Shown here one piece after another: positions 17,760 through 27,312 of a DNA stretch of 32,000 nt. Source of the DNA: Coprobacillaceae bacterium (GTDB lineage Bacteria > Bacillota_I > Bacilli_A > Erysipelotrichales > Coprobacillaceae); NCBI GenBank assembly GCA_963675915.1, contig OY780959.1, positions 2,160,001 through 2,192,000 on the forward strand, given 5' to 3'. The translations under genes were made by a program, and so were the position numbers. Each line of letters begins with the position of its first letter. Position 1 is the stretch's first letter. The notes below the pieces were generated by a model that saw nothing but the letters and a program-made list of their open reading frames with translations, made no database searches and had not been told where the DNA came from.

Positions 17760-19565
17760 TCTATATGCGTTTGAAAATTACTAAGTCTAAAAATTCCGAA
17801 TCTCTTTATGTAATCAAGTCCTTCCGCGTCAACGGGAAAAGCACTTCCAAGATTGTAAAGAAACTAGGTAAAATGAATGAGTTGCTTCCGTTGCACAACG
17901 ATTCTCGCGAAGATGTTATTGAGTGGGCTAGAGAAGTTGCTGCTACTATGACCAGAAAAGAAAAAGAGGAGTCCAATGAGATCATTGTGAAATTCTCCCA
18001 ATCCCGTGAGCTGGTTAAAGATGAGAATACCATTTTTAACGGAGGCTATCTTTTCCTTCAGGATATTTTCTATGACTTACAGTTGGATCGTATCTGCAAA
18101 GTTATTAGTGATCGTCACAATTTTGAATTCAATCTCACGGATATATTATCAAAACTGATTTATTCAAGAATTCTTTCGCCTGCATCTAAATTGTCTACAT
18201 ACGACTATTCCAAGACATTCATAGAGCAACCGGATTTTGAACTTCATCATATTTACCGAGCACTTGATATTCTTGAAGAAGAATCCGATTTCATCCAGGC
18301 TGAGCTTTACAAAAACAGCGAAAAGGTAATTGGGCGAAACACTTCGGTCCTTTATTATGACTGCACCAATTTCTTTTTCGAAACTGAAGAAGCTCAAGGA
18401 CTGAAACAATATGGAAAATCAAAAGAACATCGCCCCAACCCAATAGTCCAAATGGGCTTGTTCATGGACGGGAACGGTATACCCCTGTCTTTCGTTATCT
18501 TTCCTGGCAACAATAGCGAGCAGCCTACCCTGGTTCCTCTTGAAAAGAAGATAATAAGGGAATTCAACCTCTCAAAATTTATTGTGTGCACTGATGCGGG
18601 ACTCGCATCGAATGATAACCGAAAATTCAATAACCACAAGAATCGCTCTTACATAGTCACTCAATCTTTGAAAAAATTGAAGGCTCACCTTAGAGAATGG
18701 GCCTTAGCCCCTGAAGGGTGGAAGTTGAATGGCGAAGGCGCAGAATATAATATTAATGAAATAGATGAGTGTGCCCATTTCAACAGTGTCTTCTACAAAG
18801 AAAGAAGCATCAACGAAAACGACATAGAGCAGCGATTCATCGTATCATATTCACCCAAGTACAAAAACTATCAATCAAAGATTAGAGATCGACAAATTGA
18901 ACGGGCAAAAAAATCAATTGCATCCGGTGTGAAAATTAATCGTAAAAACCCAAATAGTTCATCAAGATTTATTAACGAAGTAAAAGCTACTTCAACAGGA
19001 GAAGTAGCCAAGGAAACATATTATAACCTAGACACAGACGTCATAGCCAAAGAAATGCGATACGATGGATTTTATGGAGTATGCACAACACTGGAAGACG
19101 ATATTCAAAGCATCATCAATATCAACAGGAGACGCTGGGAGATTGAAGAATCATTTAGAATCATGAAAACAGAATTCAAATCGAGACCGGTATATCTTCA
19201 AAAAGACGAGAGAATCAAGGCTCACTTCCTAACCTGTTATATCTCACTGATGGTGTACAGATTATTGGAGAAGAAGATTGATGAACAATATACCTCAACA
19301 CAGATTGTAAGCACATTGAAAGAAATGAAATTCCAATCGATCAGAGGAGAAGGCTATATTCCGATTTACAAAAGAACAGATTTAACCGACAAATTGCATG
19401 AAAAATTCAAATTCAGAACAGATACACAGATAGTTGGAACAAAAAAAATGAAAAAAATTATAAAACAAACAAAAAAGTAAAAAAGTACTACATTTCAAGG
19501 TATCGAAAAAGGCTCAAAACCAAGACTAGGTCGAGGTTTGAGCCTTTTTAACTGTCAAAGACGGG
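17680..19565 (+). mobile_element. IS4-superfamily insertion sequence, IS1634-like, 1886 bp
   Basis: This is the unique segment bounded exactly by the two 474-bp repeat copies. It carries a single transposase ORF. An 11-bp subterminal inverted motif TGTAGTACTTT occurs at 17714-17724 and, inverted, at 19482-19492. A hairpin lies at 19506-19549 near the right end. Confidence 0.85.
17765..19480 (+). CDS. DDE transposase, IS1634/IS4 family
   Basis: RBS AAGGGG 8 nt before ATG 17765; an alternative GTG lies at 17756. The N-terminus LKITKSKNSESLYVIKSFRVNGK..KLG resembles IS1634-family transposases. Candidate catalytic residues are in YYDCTNFFFE and VCTDAGLAS, with RWEIEESFRIMK matching the R-x3-E-x6-K signature of the IS4 superfamily. 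Confidence 0.85.
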   Translation: MRLKITKSKNSESLYVIKSFRVNGKSTSKIVKKLGKMNELLPLHNDSREDVIEWAREVAATMTRKEKEESNEIIVKFSQSRELVKDENTIFNGGYLFLQDIFYDLQLDRICKVISDRHNFEFNLTDILSKLIYSRILSPASKLSTYDYSKTFIEQPDFELHHIYRALDILEEESDFIQAELYKNSEKVIGRNTSVLYYDCTNFFFETEEAQGLKQYGKSKEHRPNPIVQMGLFMDGNGIPLSFVIFPGNNSEQPTLVPLEKKIIREFNLSKFIVCTDAGLASNDNRKFNNHKNRSYIVTQSLKKLKAHLREWALAPEGWKLNGEGAEYNINEIDECAHFNSVFYKERSINENDIEQRFIVSYSPKYKNYQSKIRDRQIERAKKSIASGVKINRKNPNSSSRFINEVKATSTGEVAKETYYNLDTDVIAKEMRYDGFYGVCTTLEDDIQSIININRRRWEIEESFRIMKTEFKSRPVYLQKDERIKAHFLTCYISLMVYRLLEKKIDEQYTSTQIVSTLKEMKFQSIRGEGYIPIYKRTDLTDKLHEKFKFRTDTQIVGTKKMKKIIKQTKK

Positions 19566-20039
19566 ATTATATCTTATTTCATGCCCAAATGCCACCGAAG
19601 TTGTTAATAACTGGGTAAGTATGACTTTCACTCATTAATTTGGGTATAAAGTGGCTGTTTTAGCGGAATCTAGCTCTTATTGTTGCGACTTGGTCGTAGT
19701 TATAATATAATGATAAAAAGTTTTCGATATAATAATATGTTATTATCGGATGGGAAAGAAGAGGAAAATTAATGTCAAAATTATATGTTAAGGATAAGAT
19801 GCCAAATTTTGTTTTCAACACCGCTTATGAAAGCGATAAACAGCTTCATGAAGTTTTATCGGGCAAAACGGTGTTTTGGGTGATTCGCTATATTGGCTGT
19901 ACTGTCTGCCGTTATGATGTTCACCTGTTGGCAAATAACTATGAAAAAATCAAGGCTAAGGGCGCTCAGGTTTTTGTAGTTATGCAAAGTGATCAGCAGC
20001 ATGTCCAAGAAGATTTAAAAGAGTTCAAGCTGCCTTTTG
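19566..20039 (+). repeat. right copy of the 474-bp direct repeat
   Basis: See the left copy. It includes the promoter, the inverted repeat, the RBS and codons 1-89 of the intact gene. Confidence 0.95.
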
Positions 20040-20314
20040 AGATTATTTGTGATGATACCATGAACATCTACAAGAATCTTGAAATCAATCCGGCGGCGGA
20101 CATGGAAGAACTTGCCGGTGATAGGATGGAGGATTTGAAAGCCAAAGCAAATCAGGCCAACGCGTGTGGATTTGTTCATGGCGATTATGAGGGAGATGAA
20201 CTCCAACTTCCGGCTCTTTTTATCGTCGATGAAGAGGCAACGGTGATGCATGCCCACTATGGAGCGAATATTGTTGATATGCCGACTGTGGATGAATTGA
20301 TCGAGATGCTTTAA
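19772..20314 (+). CDS. AhpC/TSA-redoxin family protein (peroxiredoxin-like, CxxC)
   Basis: 180 aa. The pattern FWVIRYIGCTVCRYDV...VFVVMQSD..........LPF is typical of the thioredoxin-fold redoxin/AhpC-TSA family. RBS AAGAAGAGGAAA. Confidence 0.75.
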   Translation: MSKLYVKDKMPNFVFNTAYESDKQLHEVLSGKTVFWVIRYIGCTVCRYDVHLLANNYEKIKAKGAQVFVVMQSDQQHVQEDLKEFKLPFEIICDDTMNIYKNLEINPAADMEELAGDRMEDLKAKANQANACGFVHGDYEGDELQLPALFIVDEEATVMHAHYGANIVDMPTVDELIEML

Positions 20315-20330
20315 GATAGGCAATCATGAA

Positions 20331-20384
20331 AAAAGAGGCTGCAACGAGCAAGGTTTTTCAATCTTGCTCGTTACAGCCTCTTAT
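20331..20384. terminator. long hairpin terminator between the convergent redoxin gene and lysS
   Basis: About 20-bp stem AAGAGGCTGCAACGAGCAAG/CTTGCTCGTTACAGCCTCTT with one mismatch. The T-run is on the minus-strand side (for lysS) and an A-run precedes it on the plus strand. Confidence 0.75.
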
Positions 20385-20402
20385 CGCATAATGCGGTTTT
20401 TG

Positions 20403-21899
<1,497 letters not shown>

Positions 21900-21904
21900 T
21901 TACA

Positions 21905-22165
21905 AAATAAAAAAAACTCCAATCCAAGGGACGAGAGTTACTTCGTGATACCACCCTAGTTCATCAATGGATTTCGCCATTGACCTCACTAACTGTATAA
22001 GTCCGGTTATAACGGTACCACCGGTATCCAATCAAAATATATCCTGGATACAGCTCCTAGTTTTTATTCATTAAAGCTCTACCTGTTTGTTTCCACCTGT
22101 TCAAACTCTCTAGTAAGCGAATTCTTTAACTACTCGTCTATTCAATGCATTTGTTATTTTATCCT
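21905..22165 (-). promoter_or_regulatory. T-box leader (tRNA-sensing riboswitch) of lysS
   Basis: On the minus strand: AGAGAG (22111-22106), GGTGGAA (22097-22091), an A5 run after GAAT in the putative specifier loop (22065-22061, compatible with AAA Lys), the T-box sequence AACTAGGGTGGTATCACG (21961-21944), and a terminator hairpin plus U8 (21940-21909). Confidence 0.85.
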
Positions 22166-22170
22166 TAGTA

Positions 22171-22199
22171 ATATTATCAAGCAATGGGGCTTTTGTCAA
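22171..22199 (-). promoter_or_regulatory. promoter of the lysS T-box leader
   Basis: On the minus strand: TTGACA (22199-22194), 17-nt spacer, TAATAT (22176-22171). Confidence 0.65.
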
Positions 22200-22286
22200 A
22201 TGAAATACGAAAAAGATTGAATTTATCGATAAAAAAAGCGAAATTAGTAGATGGGATGGATGGAATTCAATTAAATGAGATTATGA

Positions 22287-22338
22287 TTGATTTTTACTGG
22301 CTGATGATATACAATACCATATATGAACACGTGTTCAT
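22287..22338 (+). promoter_or_regulatory. promoter plus ArsR/SmtB-type operator of the metal-efflux operon
   Basis: TTGATT (22287-22292), 17-nt spacer, TACAAT (22310-22315). This is followed by a perfect 16-bp palindrome ATGAACACGTGTTCAT (22323-22338), i.e. the TGAACA-N-TGTTCA core seen in CzrA/SmtB-type operators. Confidence 0.65.
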
Positions 22339-22355
22339 GTGTAGGAGGTGTTTTG

Positions 22356-22637
22356 ATGGAAAATAATTTGATTGATTTGGCTGAATTATTCAAAGTTTTT
22401 GGTGATTCTACCAGAATAAAAATCATTCACTGCCTGATTTCGGGCGAAATGAATGTAACCCAACTGGTCGATGAACTGGGAATGACGCAGTCGGCCGTAT
22501 CCCATCAGTTGCGGATTTTAAAAACCGCTAAACTGGTTCGGGGCAGAAGAGAGGGAAAGTCGATTTTTTATTCCCTCGATGACGAACATGTAAAAGAAAT
22601 ATTTGAGATTGGGTTGGAACATATAACCCACGAGTAG
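22356..22637 (+). CDS. ArsR/SmtB-family metalloregulatory repressor
   Basis: RBS AGGAGG 7 nt before ATG 22356. LFKVFGDSTRIKIIHCL...NVTQLVDELGMTQSAVSHQLRILK is a winged-HTH sequence of the ArsR family. The ORF-track start at 22323 lies inside the operator. Confidence 0.88.
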   Translation: MENNLIDLAELFKVFGDSTRIKIIHCLISGEMNVTQLVDELGMTQSAVSHQLRILKTAKLVRGRREGKSIFYSLDDEHVKEIFEIGLEHITHE

Positions 22638-24719
22638 GTGAAGATGATGGAAGAAAAATGTGATTTAAAAGCACCGCACGAAGAGATTCATATAGCAGGC
22701 GTCAAGTTTGATATTGAAGGACTTCATTGTGCCAACTGTGCGGCTAAAATTGAGAAGAAACTTAATCATACGGCGGGAATCGAGGAAGCGGTTCTCAATT
22801 TTTCAACCATGAAAATAATTGCCAGAAGTGATTTGGACAAAAAGGAATTGCAGAAATTGGTTCAGACAGTCGTCGACAGCATCGAGGATGGGGTCACGAT
22901 TACCTATAAACAGGAAAAACAGAAAACCAAACTGATTTCCTTCCAAAATAACTGGAATTTAATGGTTGGGGTTCCGTTGTATGCTTTGGGATTGATTGCA
23001 GGTTTTCCGGCTGTTGTCCTGGTCTCTTATCTTGTGATTGGATTTAAAGTCCTGCGAGCGGCAATCAGAAATATTATCAGGAAAGATTTTTTTGAAGAAA
23101 ATTTTTTAATGACAATTGCCACAATCGGGGCAATCGCTATAGGCGAGTACAATGAAGCAGTCGGAGTCATGCTGTTTTATAGTGTGGGAGAACTATTTCA
23201 GGATTATGCAGTCGACAAATCTCGGGAATCCATCGGTGGATTGATGGATCTTAGAACCGAAACCGCTACGGTGAGAGTGGGAAATGAACTGATCGAGACC
23301 GGTGTCGAAGAAATTCCAATCGGTTCCATTCTGGTTGTCAAGGTCGGACAGAAAATCCCATTGGATGGGATAGTAGTTGCCGGAACGAGTATGCTTAACA
23401 CTGCCAATCTGACTGGTGAGTCACTGCCGGTGGATATCAAAGAAGGTGAAGAGGTTCTGTCCGGGACGGTCAATCTTACTGCTGTTCTTGAAATCAGGAC
23501 GACTAAAATATACGAGGATTCAACGGTGGCTAAAATCATTGAACTTCTCGAGGAAAGCGCCTCTAGAAAAGCGCCGATTGAAAAATTTGTGACGAGATTT
23601 TCACGTCGTTATACGCCGACGGTAATAGCCTTGGCAATGATTGTTGCCTTTGTTTTCCCGATTCTTTTTGGCGGTGGTTTTGAAACTTGGATTTATCGGG
23701 CGCTGGTGTTCCTGGTGGTGTCCTGTCCATGTTCAATTGTAGTCAGTGTGCCACTGACCTTATATGCAGGGATCGGAAAAGCAAGTAAAATCGGAGCATT
23801 GGTCAAAGGAAGCAATTACCTTGAGCAGGTGAGCAAAATCAAGACAATCGTCATGGACAAGACCGGAACGATCACCAAAGGTGAGTTTGAGGTTAAGAAG
23901 GTCAATGGAGATGTCCTTGAGCCAATTGCTTACGGGGAGGCTTTGAGCCACCATCCGGTCGGCTTGAGCATTCTAAAGGAATATGGCAAAACCATAGATC
24001 AAAGTCGGATCGCCGATTTTGAAGAAATAGCCGGAAAAGGTATCAAAGTAAAATTTGACGGGGATAATCTAATCGTGGGAAAATATGAATTTCTTCAAGA
24101 AAATGGCGTAGAACTGGATCGGATTCAATCCCTGGATACGGTTATTTATCTGGCCAAGAACGGAATTTATCAGGGATCGGTCGAAATCGGAGATGATCTG
24201 AAAGAAAATTCCCAAAAAGCAATTGAGGAATTGAATGGTCTGGGACTGGAAACCGTGATGCTTACCGGAGACAATCGGTTAGTTGCCCAACATTACAGTG
24301 AAATGCTGGGAATTGACAAGGTTTATGCCGATTTGATGCCTGAGGACAAAGTTGCCAAGATCGAAGAGTTGCTTAGCCCGGATTATCGGGTGGCTTTTGT
24401 GGGCGATGGAATCAATGATGGCCCGGTCCTGATGCGGAGCGATATTGGAATTTCGATGGGAAACAAGGCCAGTGATTTGGCCAAACAGGCAGCGGACATT
24501 GTCCTGATTCATGATGACCTTTCTGCAATAGTCGATCTGATTAAGGTTTCACTCAAAACAAACCGAATTTTGGTTCAAAACATTGTTTTTTCAATCATGG
24601 TCAAAGTGTTGATCATAATATTGGCTACCCTTGGAATTGCGAACATGTGGATTGGGGTTTTTGGAGATGTCGGGGTTGCTTTGTTGACAATCATCAACTC
24701 GCTAAGAGCGATGAGGTAA
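22638..24719 (+). CDS. cadA: heavy-metal translocating P1B-type ATPase, Zn/Cd/Pb-type signature
   Basis: One N-terminal HMA domain (GLHCANCAAKIE), CPC in TM6 (VSCPCSIV), DKTGTIT, GDGINDGP, and GDVG (DxG) in the last TM, typical of the P1B-2 subgroup. The start could be GTG 22638 or ATG 22644/22647. Confidence 0.88.
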   Translation: MKMMEEKCDLKAPHEEIHIAGVKFDIEGLHCANCAAKIEKKLNHTAGIEEAVLNFSTMKIIARSDLDKKELQKLVQTVVDSIEDGVTITYKQEKQKTKLISFQNNWNLMVGVPLYALGLIAGFPAVVLVSYLVIGFKVLRAAIRNIIRKDFFEENFLMTIATIGAIAIGEYNEAVGVMLFYSVGELFQDYAVDKSRESIGGLMDLRTETATVRVGNELIETGVEEIPIGSILVVKVGQKIPLDGIVVAGTSMLNTANLTGESLPVDIKEGEEVLSGTVNLTAVLEIRTTKIYEDSTVAKIIELLEESASRKAPIEKFVTRFSRRYTPTVIALAMIVAFVFPILFGGGFETWIYRALVFLVVSCPCSIVVSVPLTLYAGIGKASKIGALVKGSNYLEQVSKIKTIVMDKTGTITKGEFEVKKVNGDVLEPIAYGEALSHHPVGLSILKEYGKTIDQSRIADFEEIAGKGIKVKFDGDNLIVGKYEFLQENGVELDRIQSLDTVIYLAKNGIYQGSVEIGDDLKENSQKAIEELNGLGLETVMLTGDNRLVAQHYSEMLGIDKVYADLMPEDKVAKIEELLSPDYRVAFVGDGINDGPVLMRSDIGISMGNKASDLAKQAADIVLIHDDLSAIVDLIKVSLKTNRILVQNIVFSIMVKVLIIILATLGIANMWIGVFGDVGVALLTIINSLRAMR

Positions 24720-24727
24720 AAGAGCTA

Positions 24728-24756
24728 TTGCAAAAAGACTCCAAAAACGCTATTAT
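24728..24756 (+). promoter_or_regulatory. promoter of the thiamine operon
   Basis: TTGCAA (24728-24733), 17-nt spacer, TATTAT (24751-24756). Confidence 0.6.
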
Positions 24757-24774
24757 ATAGGAAATAAAATTAAA

Positions 24775-24911
24775 TAAGACAGGGGAGCTTGTAGGCAGGC
24801 TGAGAGGAAGTAATCAACTTCGACCCATAACCTGATTTGGATAATGCCAACGTAGGAAGTTCGAATGTTTTTATACGGAATAGTCCATCAGGGGATTTAT
24901 TCCGTTTTTTT
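24775..24911 (+). promoter_or_regulatory. TPP (THI-box) riboswitch with terminator expression platform
   Basis: GGGGAGC...GGCTGAGAGG...ACCC.TAACCTGATTTGGATAATGCCAACGTAGGAA matches the THI-box core. Terminator ACGGAATA/TATTCCGT (24875-24905) plus T7. Confidence 0.92.
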
Positions 24912-24955
24912 ATGCTCAAAAACCAGAACCCAAAATACGTTAAGGAGGATTGACC

Positions 24956-26395
24956 ATGTGGTCGAAAACAAGAAGAAAAGTAAGAGAGACAAATCCAATA
25001 GTCCATTGTATAACTAATTATGTTACTGCAAATGACTGCGCCAACATAATTCTGGCAAATGGCGGTTCACCGGTAATGGCTGATGAACCGGATGAAGTAG
25101 AAGATGTTGTGGAGTTGGCATCGTGCCTGGTCATCAATATCGGAACCTTGAATTCCAGCCGGCTGGAGGCGATGATCAGGGCCGGAAAACGGGCCAATCA
25201 AAAAAATATTCCCGTTATCCTTGATCCGGTCGGAGCAGGAGCTTCGGCCTTTCGCAAAGATGCCTTGCGACAATTGTTGGAAAACATCCGTTTCAGTGTG
25301 ATTCGGGCAAACTTGTCCGAAATGAAAGTCCTTAATGATTTCGCGGCCACTACTTACGGGATTGATGCCAAAATTGATGATGTTATTTCCCGGGAAATAT
25401 TGGATGAAGTGGTAAGATTAGCCCAACGGCTCTCCACTAGATATGAATGCACTATCGCCATTAGCGGTGCAGTCGACCTGATCAGCGATGGCAATACTAC
25501 CTATCTTGTCTATAACGGAGTTGAATGGATGAGCCGGATTACCGGAACCGGATGCATGCTGACTAGTCTGATCGGTTCATTTGTCGGTTTGCAAGATAAT
25601 GTTATTGAGGCAGTGCTGACAGGTTTTGTAATGATGGGGCTTGCCGGGGAACTGGGCTATCAAAAATCCCTGACAAAAAGCGAAGGTTACTCCAGTATGA
25701 AAATGTATCTGCTGGACTTTATCGCTGTGATGGATGATTCACATCTTGATAACCATGCCAGTTACCTAAAATATCAGAAGCTTGATGTCAGCCTTTATGG
25801 AGTTACTGATGAGAAAATTATGAAAAATGTTCTCCAAGATTGCCGAGATTCTTTACGTGGTGGAGTGAAAATGATCCAACTGCGGGAAAAGTCGTTAGCG
25901 CAGGAGGAATTCATAGACCGGGCGAAAGCGTTGAAAAATATATGTTCCACCTATAATCGGCCGTTGATAATCAATGATAACTTGAAGGTCATGCAAGCCA
26001 GTGGGGCCGATGGGATTCATGTTGGTCAAAACGACCTGAACTGCCGGAAGGTTCGCAAAGTGGCTGGTGCAAACAAGATTATCGGGGTGACCGTCCACAA
26101 TATCGAAGAAGCGTTGCAAGCCCAAAGAGAAGGGGCCAACTACCTCGGGGTTGGTGCGGTTGAAGTCACGACGACGAAAAAAGACACGGTAAAGATTTCC
26201 CGAGCTGAACTGGCAGCGATTGCCCGGGCGGTTGTCATTCCGGTTGTTGCCATTGGGGGACTGAATTATGACAATATCACCAAATATCCAGGCGTTGATG
26301 GATACGCTCTGGTAAGTGGCATCTACAGCAGTTTGGCCATTGAAGAAAAATGCAGAAAGCTGACCAGAAAGATAGAGGAGATAAAAAATGATTAA
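24956..26395 (+). CDS. thiM/thiE: bifunctional hydroxyethylthiazole kinase / thiamine-phosphate synthase (ThiM-ThiE fusion)
   Basis: RBS AAGGAGG 7 nt before ATG 24956. The N-terminal ~265 aa are ThiM-like (NPIVHCITNYV..NGGSPVMA...ITGTGCM). The C-terminal ~210 aa are ThiE-like (LYGVTD...IQLREK...IINDN...DGIHVGQND...IGVTVHN..., GGL). The frame is continuous with no internal stop. Confidence 0.88.
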   Translation: MWSKTRRKVRETNPIVHCITNYVTANDCANIILANGGSPVMADEPDEVEDVVELASCLVINIGTLNSSRLEAMIRAGKRANQKNIPVILDPVGAGASAFRKDALRQLLENIRFSVIRANLSEMKVLNDFAATTYGIDAKIDDVISREILDEVVRLAQRLSTRYECTIAISGAVDLISDGNTTYLVYNGVEWMSRITGTGCMLTSLIGSFVGLQDNVIEAVLTGFVMMGLAGELGYQKSLTKSEGYSSMKMYLLDFIAVMDDSHLDNHASYLKYQKLDVSLYGVTDEKIMKNVLQDCRDSLRGGVKMIQLREKSLAQEEFIDRAKALKNICSTYNRPLIINDNLKVMQASGADGIHVGQNDLNCRKVRKVAGANKIIGVTVHNIEEALQAQREGANYLGVGAVEVTTTKKDTVKISRAELAAIARAVVIPVVAIGGLNYDNITKYPGVDGYALVSGIYSSLAIEEKCRKLTRKIEEIKND

Positions 26396-27227
26396 GAAAG
26401 TTTTGACTATTGCCGGATCAGATTGCAGTGGCGGGGCTGGAATCCAAGCGGACTTGAAAACAATAGCAGCGCATAAAATGTACGGAATGTCGGTAATTAC
26501 CGCATTGACGGCTCAAAATACTACAGGTGTATATGCAATCAGAGAAGTTGATGAAGCAATGATTGGAACTCAGCTTGATTGTATTTTCACGGACATAGTC
26601 CCGGATGCGGTTAAAATTGGAATGGTTGCCAATGAGAAAATCATCAGAATCATCGCATCAAAATTGATTGAACACCAAGCCAAAAATGTTGTCGTTGACC
26701 CCGTAATGATTGCCACCAGTGGAGCGATGCTCTTGGAGGAAAATGCTCAAAAGGCTTTGGTCGAAGAATTGTTTCCGTTGGCAACTGTGATCACGCCCAA
26801 TATTATGGAAGCTTGCTGTTTAAGCGGGGTGGGAATAGACAGTGGCATCAAAATGATTGAAGCAGCACTCCAAATCGCCCAAAATAATGTTGGAACCGCA
26901 ATTCTGATTAAGGGCGGTCACTTGGATTTTGCCGGTTATTCAAGCGATCTCCTTTATAGCGGCGATCTCGAATGGATTTCGGCTCGAAGAGTGGACAATC
27001 CTAACACCCATGGGACCGGCTGCACGTTATCAAGTGCGATTGCCTGCAATCTGGCAGCGGGACAGGAACTCAGCCGGGCAATCGGGAATGCCAAGAGATA
27101 TCTCACCGGCGCACTGGAAGCCGGACTGGATCTGGGTCACGGAGCGGGTCCTTTGGACCACACTTATGGAATTAAGAGGGATGAAAACAGCGGACAGGCA
27201 ATAAACGATAAAAAACTATTGACATGA
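26388..27227 (+). CDS. thiD: hydroxymethylpyrimidine/phosphomethylpyrimidine kinase
   Basis: 8-nt overlap with the fusion gene. VLTIAGSDCSGGAGIQADLKT...DPVM...KGGH...HGTGCTLSSAIA. Confidence 0.94.
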   Translation: MIKKVLTIAGSDCSGGAGIQADLKTIAAHKMYGMSVITALTAQNTTGVYAIREVDEAMIGTQLDCIFTDIVPDAVKIGMVANEKIIRIIASKLIEHQAKNVVVDPVMIATSGAMLLEENAQKALVEELFPLATVITPNIMEACCLSGVGIDSGIKMIEAALQIAQNNVGTAILIKGGHLDFAGYSSDLLYSGDLEWISARRVDNPNTHGTGCTLSSAIACNLAAGQELSRAIGNAKRYLTGALEAGLDLGHGAGPLDHTYGIKRDENSGQAINDKKLLT

Positions 27228-27312
27228 TAAAAAATTAGCGGTTATTATGTATACAGGTAGGACAGGACATAATTCTGTCTTAGGGAAAAATTACTAATGA
27301 AAGAGGGATATA

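Noticed and set aside
22184-22366. 60-codon ORF between the lysS and ArsR genes
   Set aside because: It spans the lysS promoter (opposite strand), the ArsR-operon promoter and the operator palindrome. It has no RBS and no recognisable motif.
24855-24872. GTTCGAAT string resembling a tRNA T-loop
   Set aside because: It lies at the 3' edge of the TPP riboswitch aptamer. No acceptor or anticodon arms can be built around it. No tRNA genes were found in the window.
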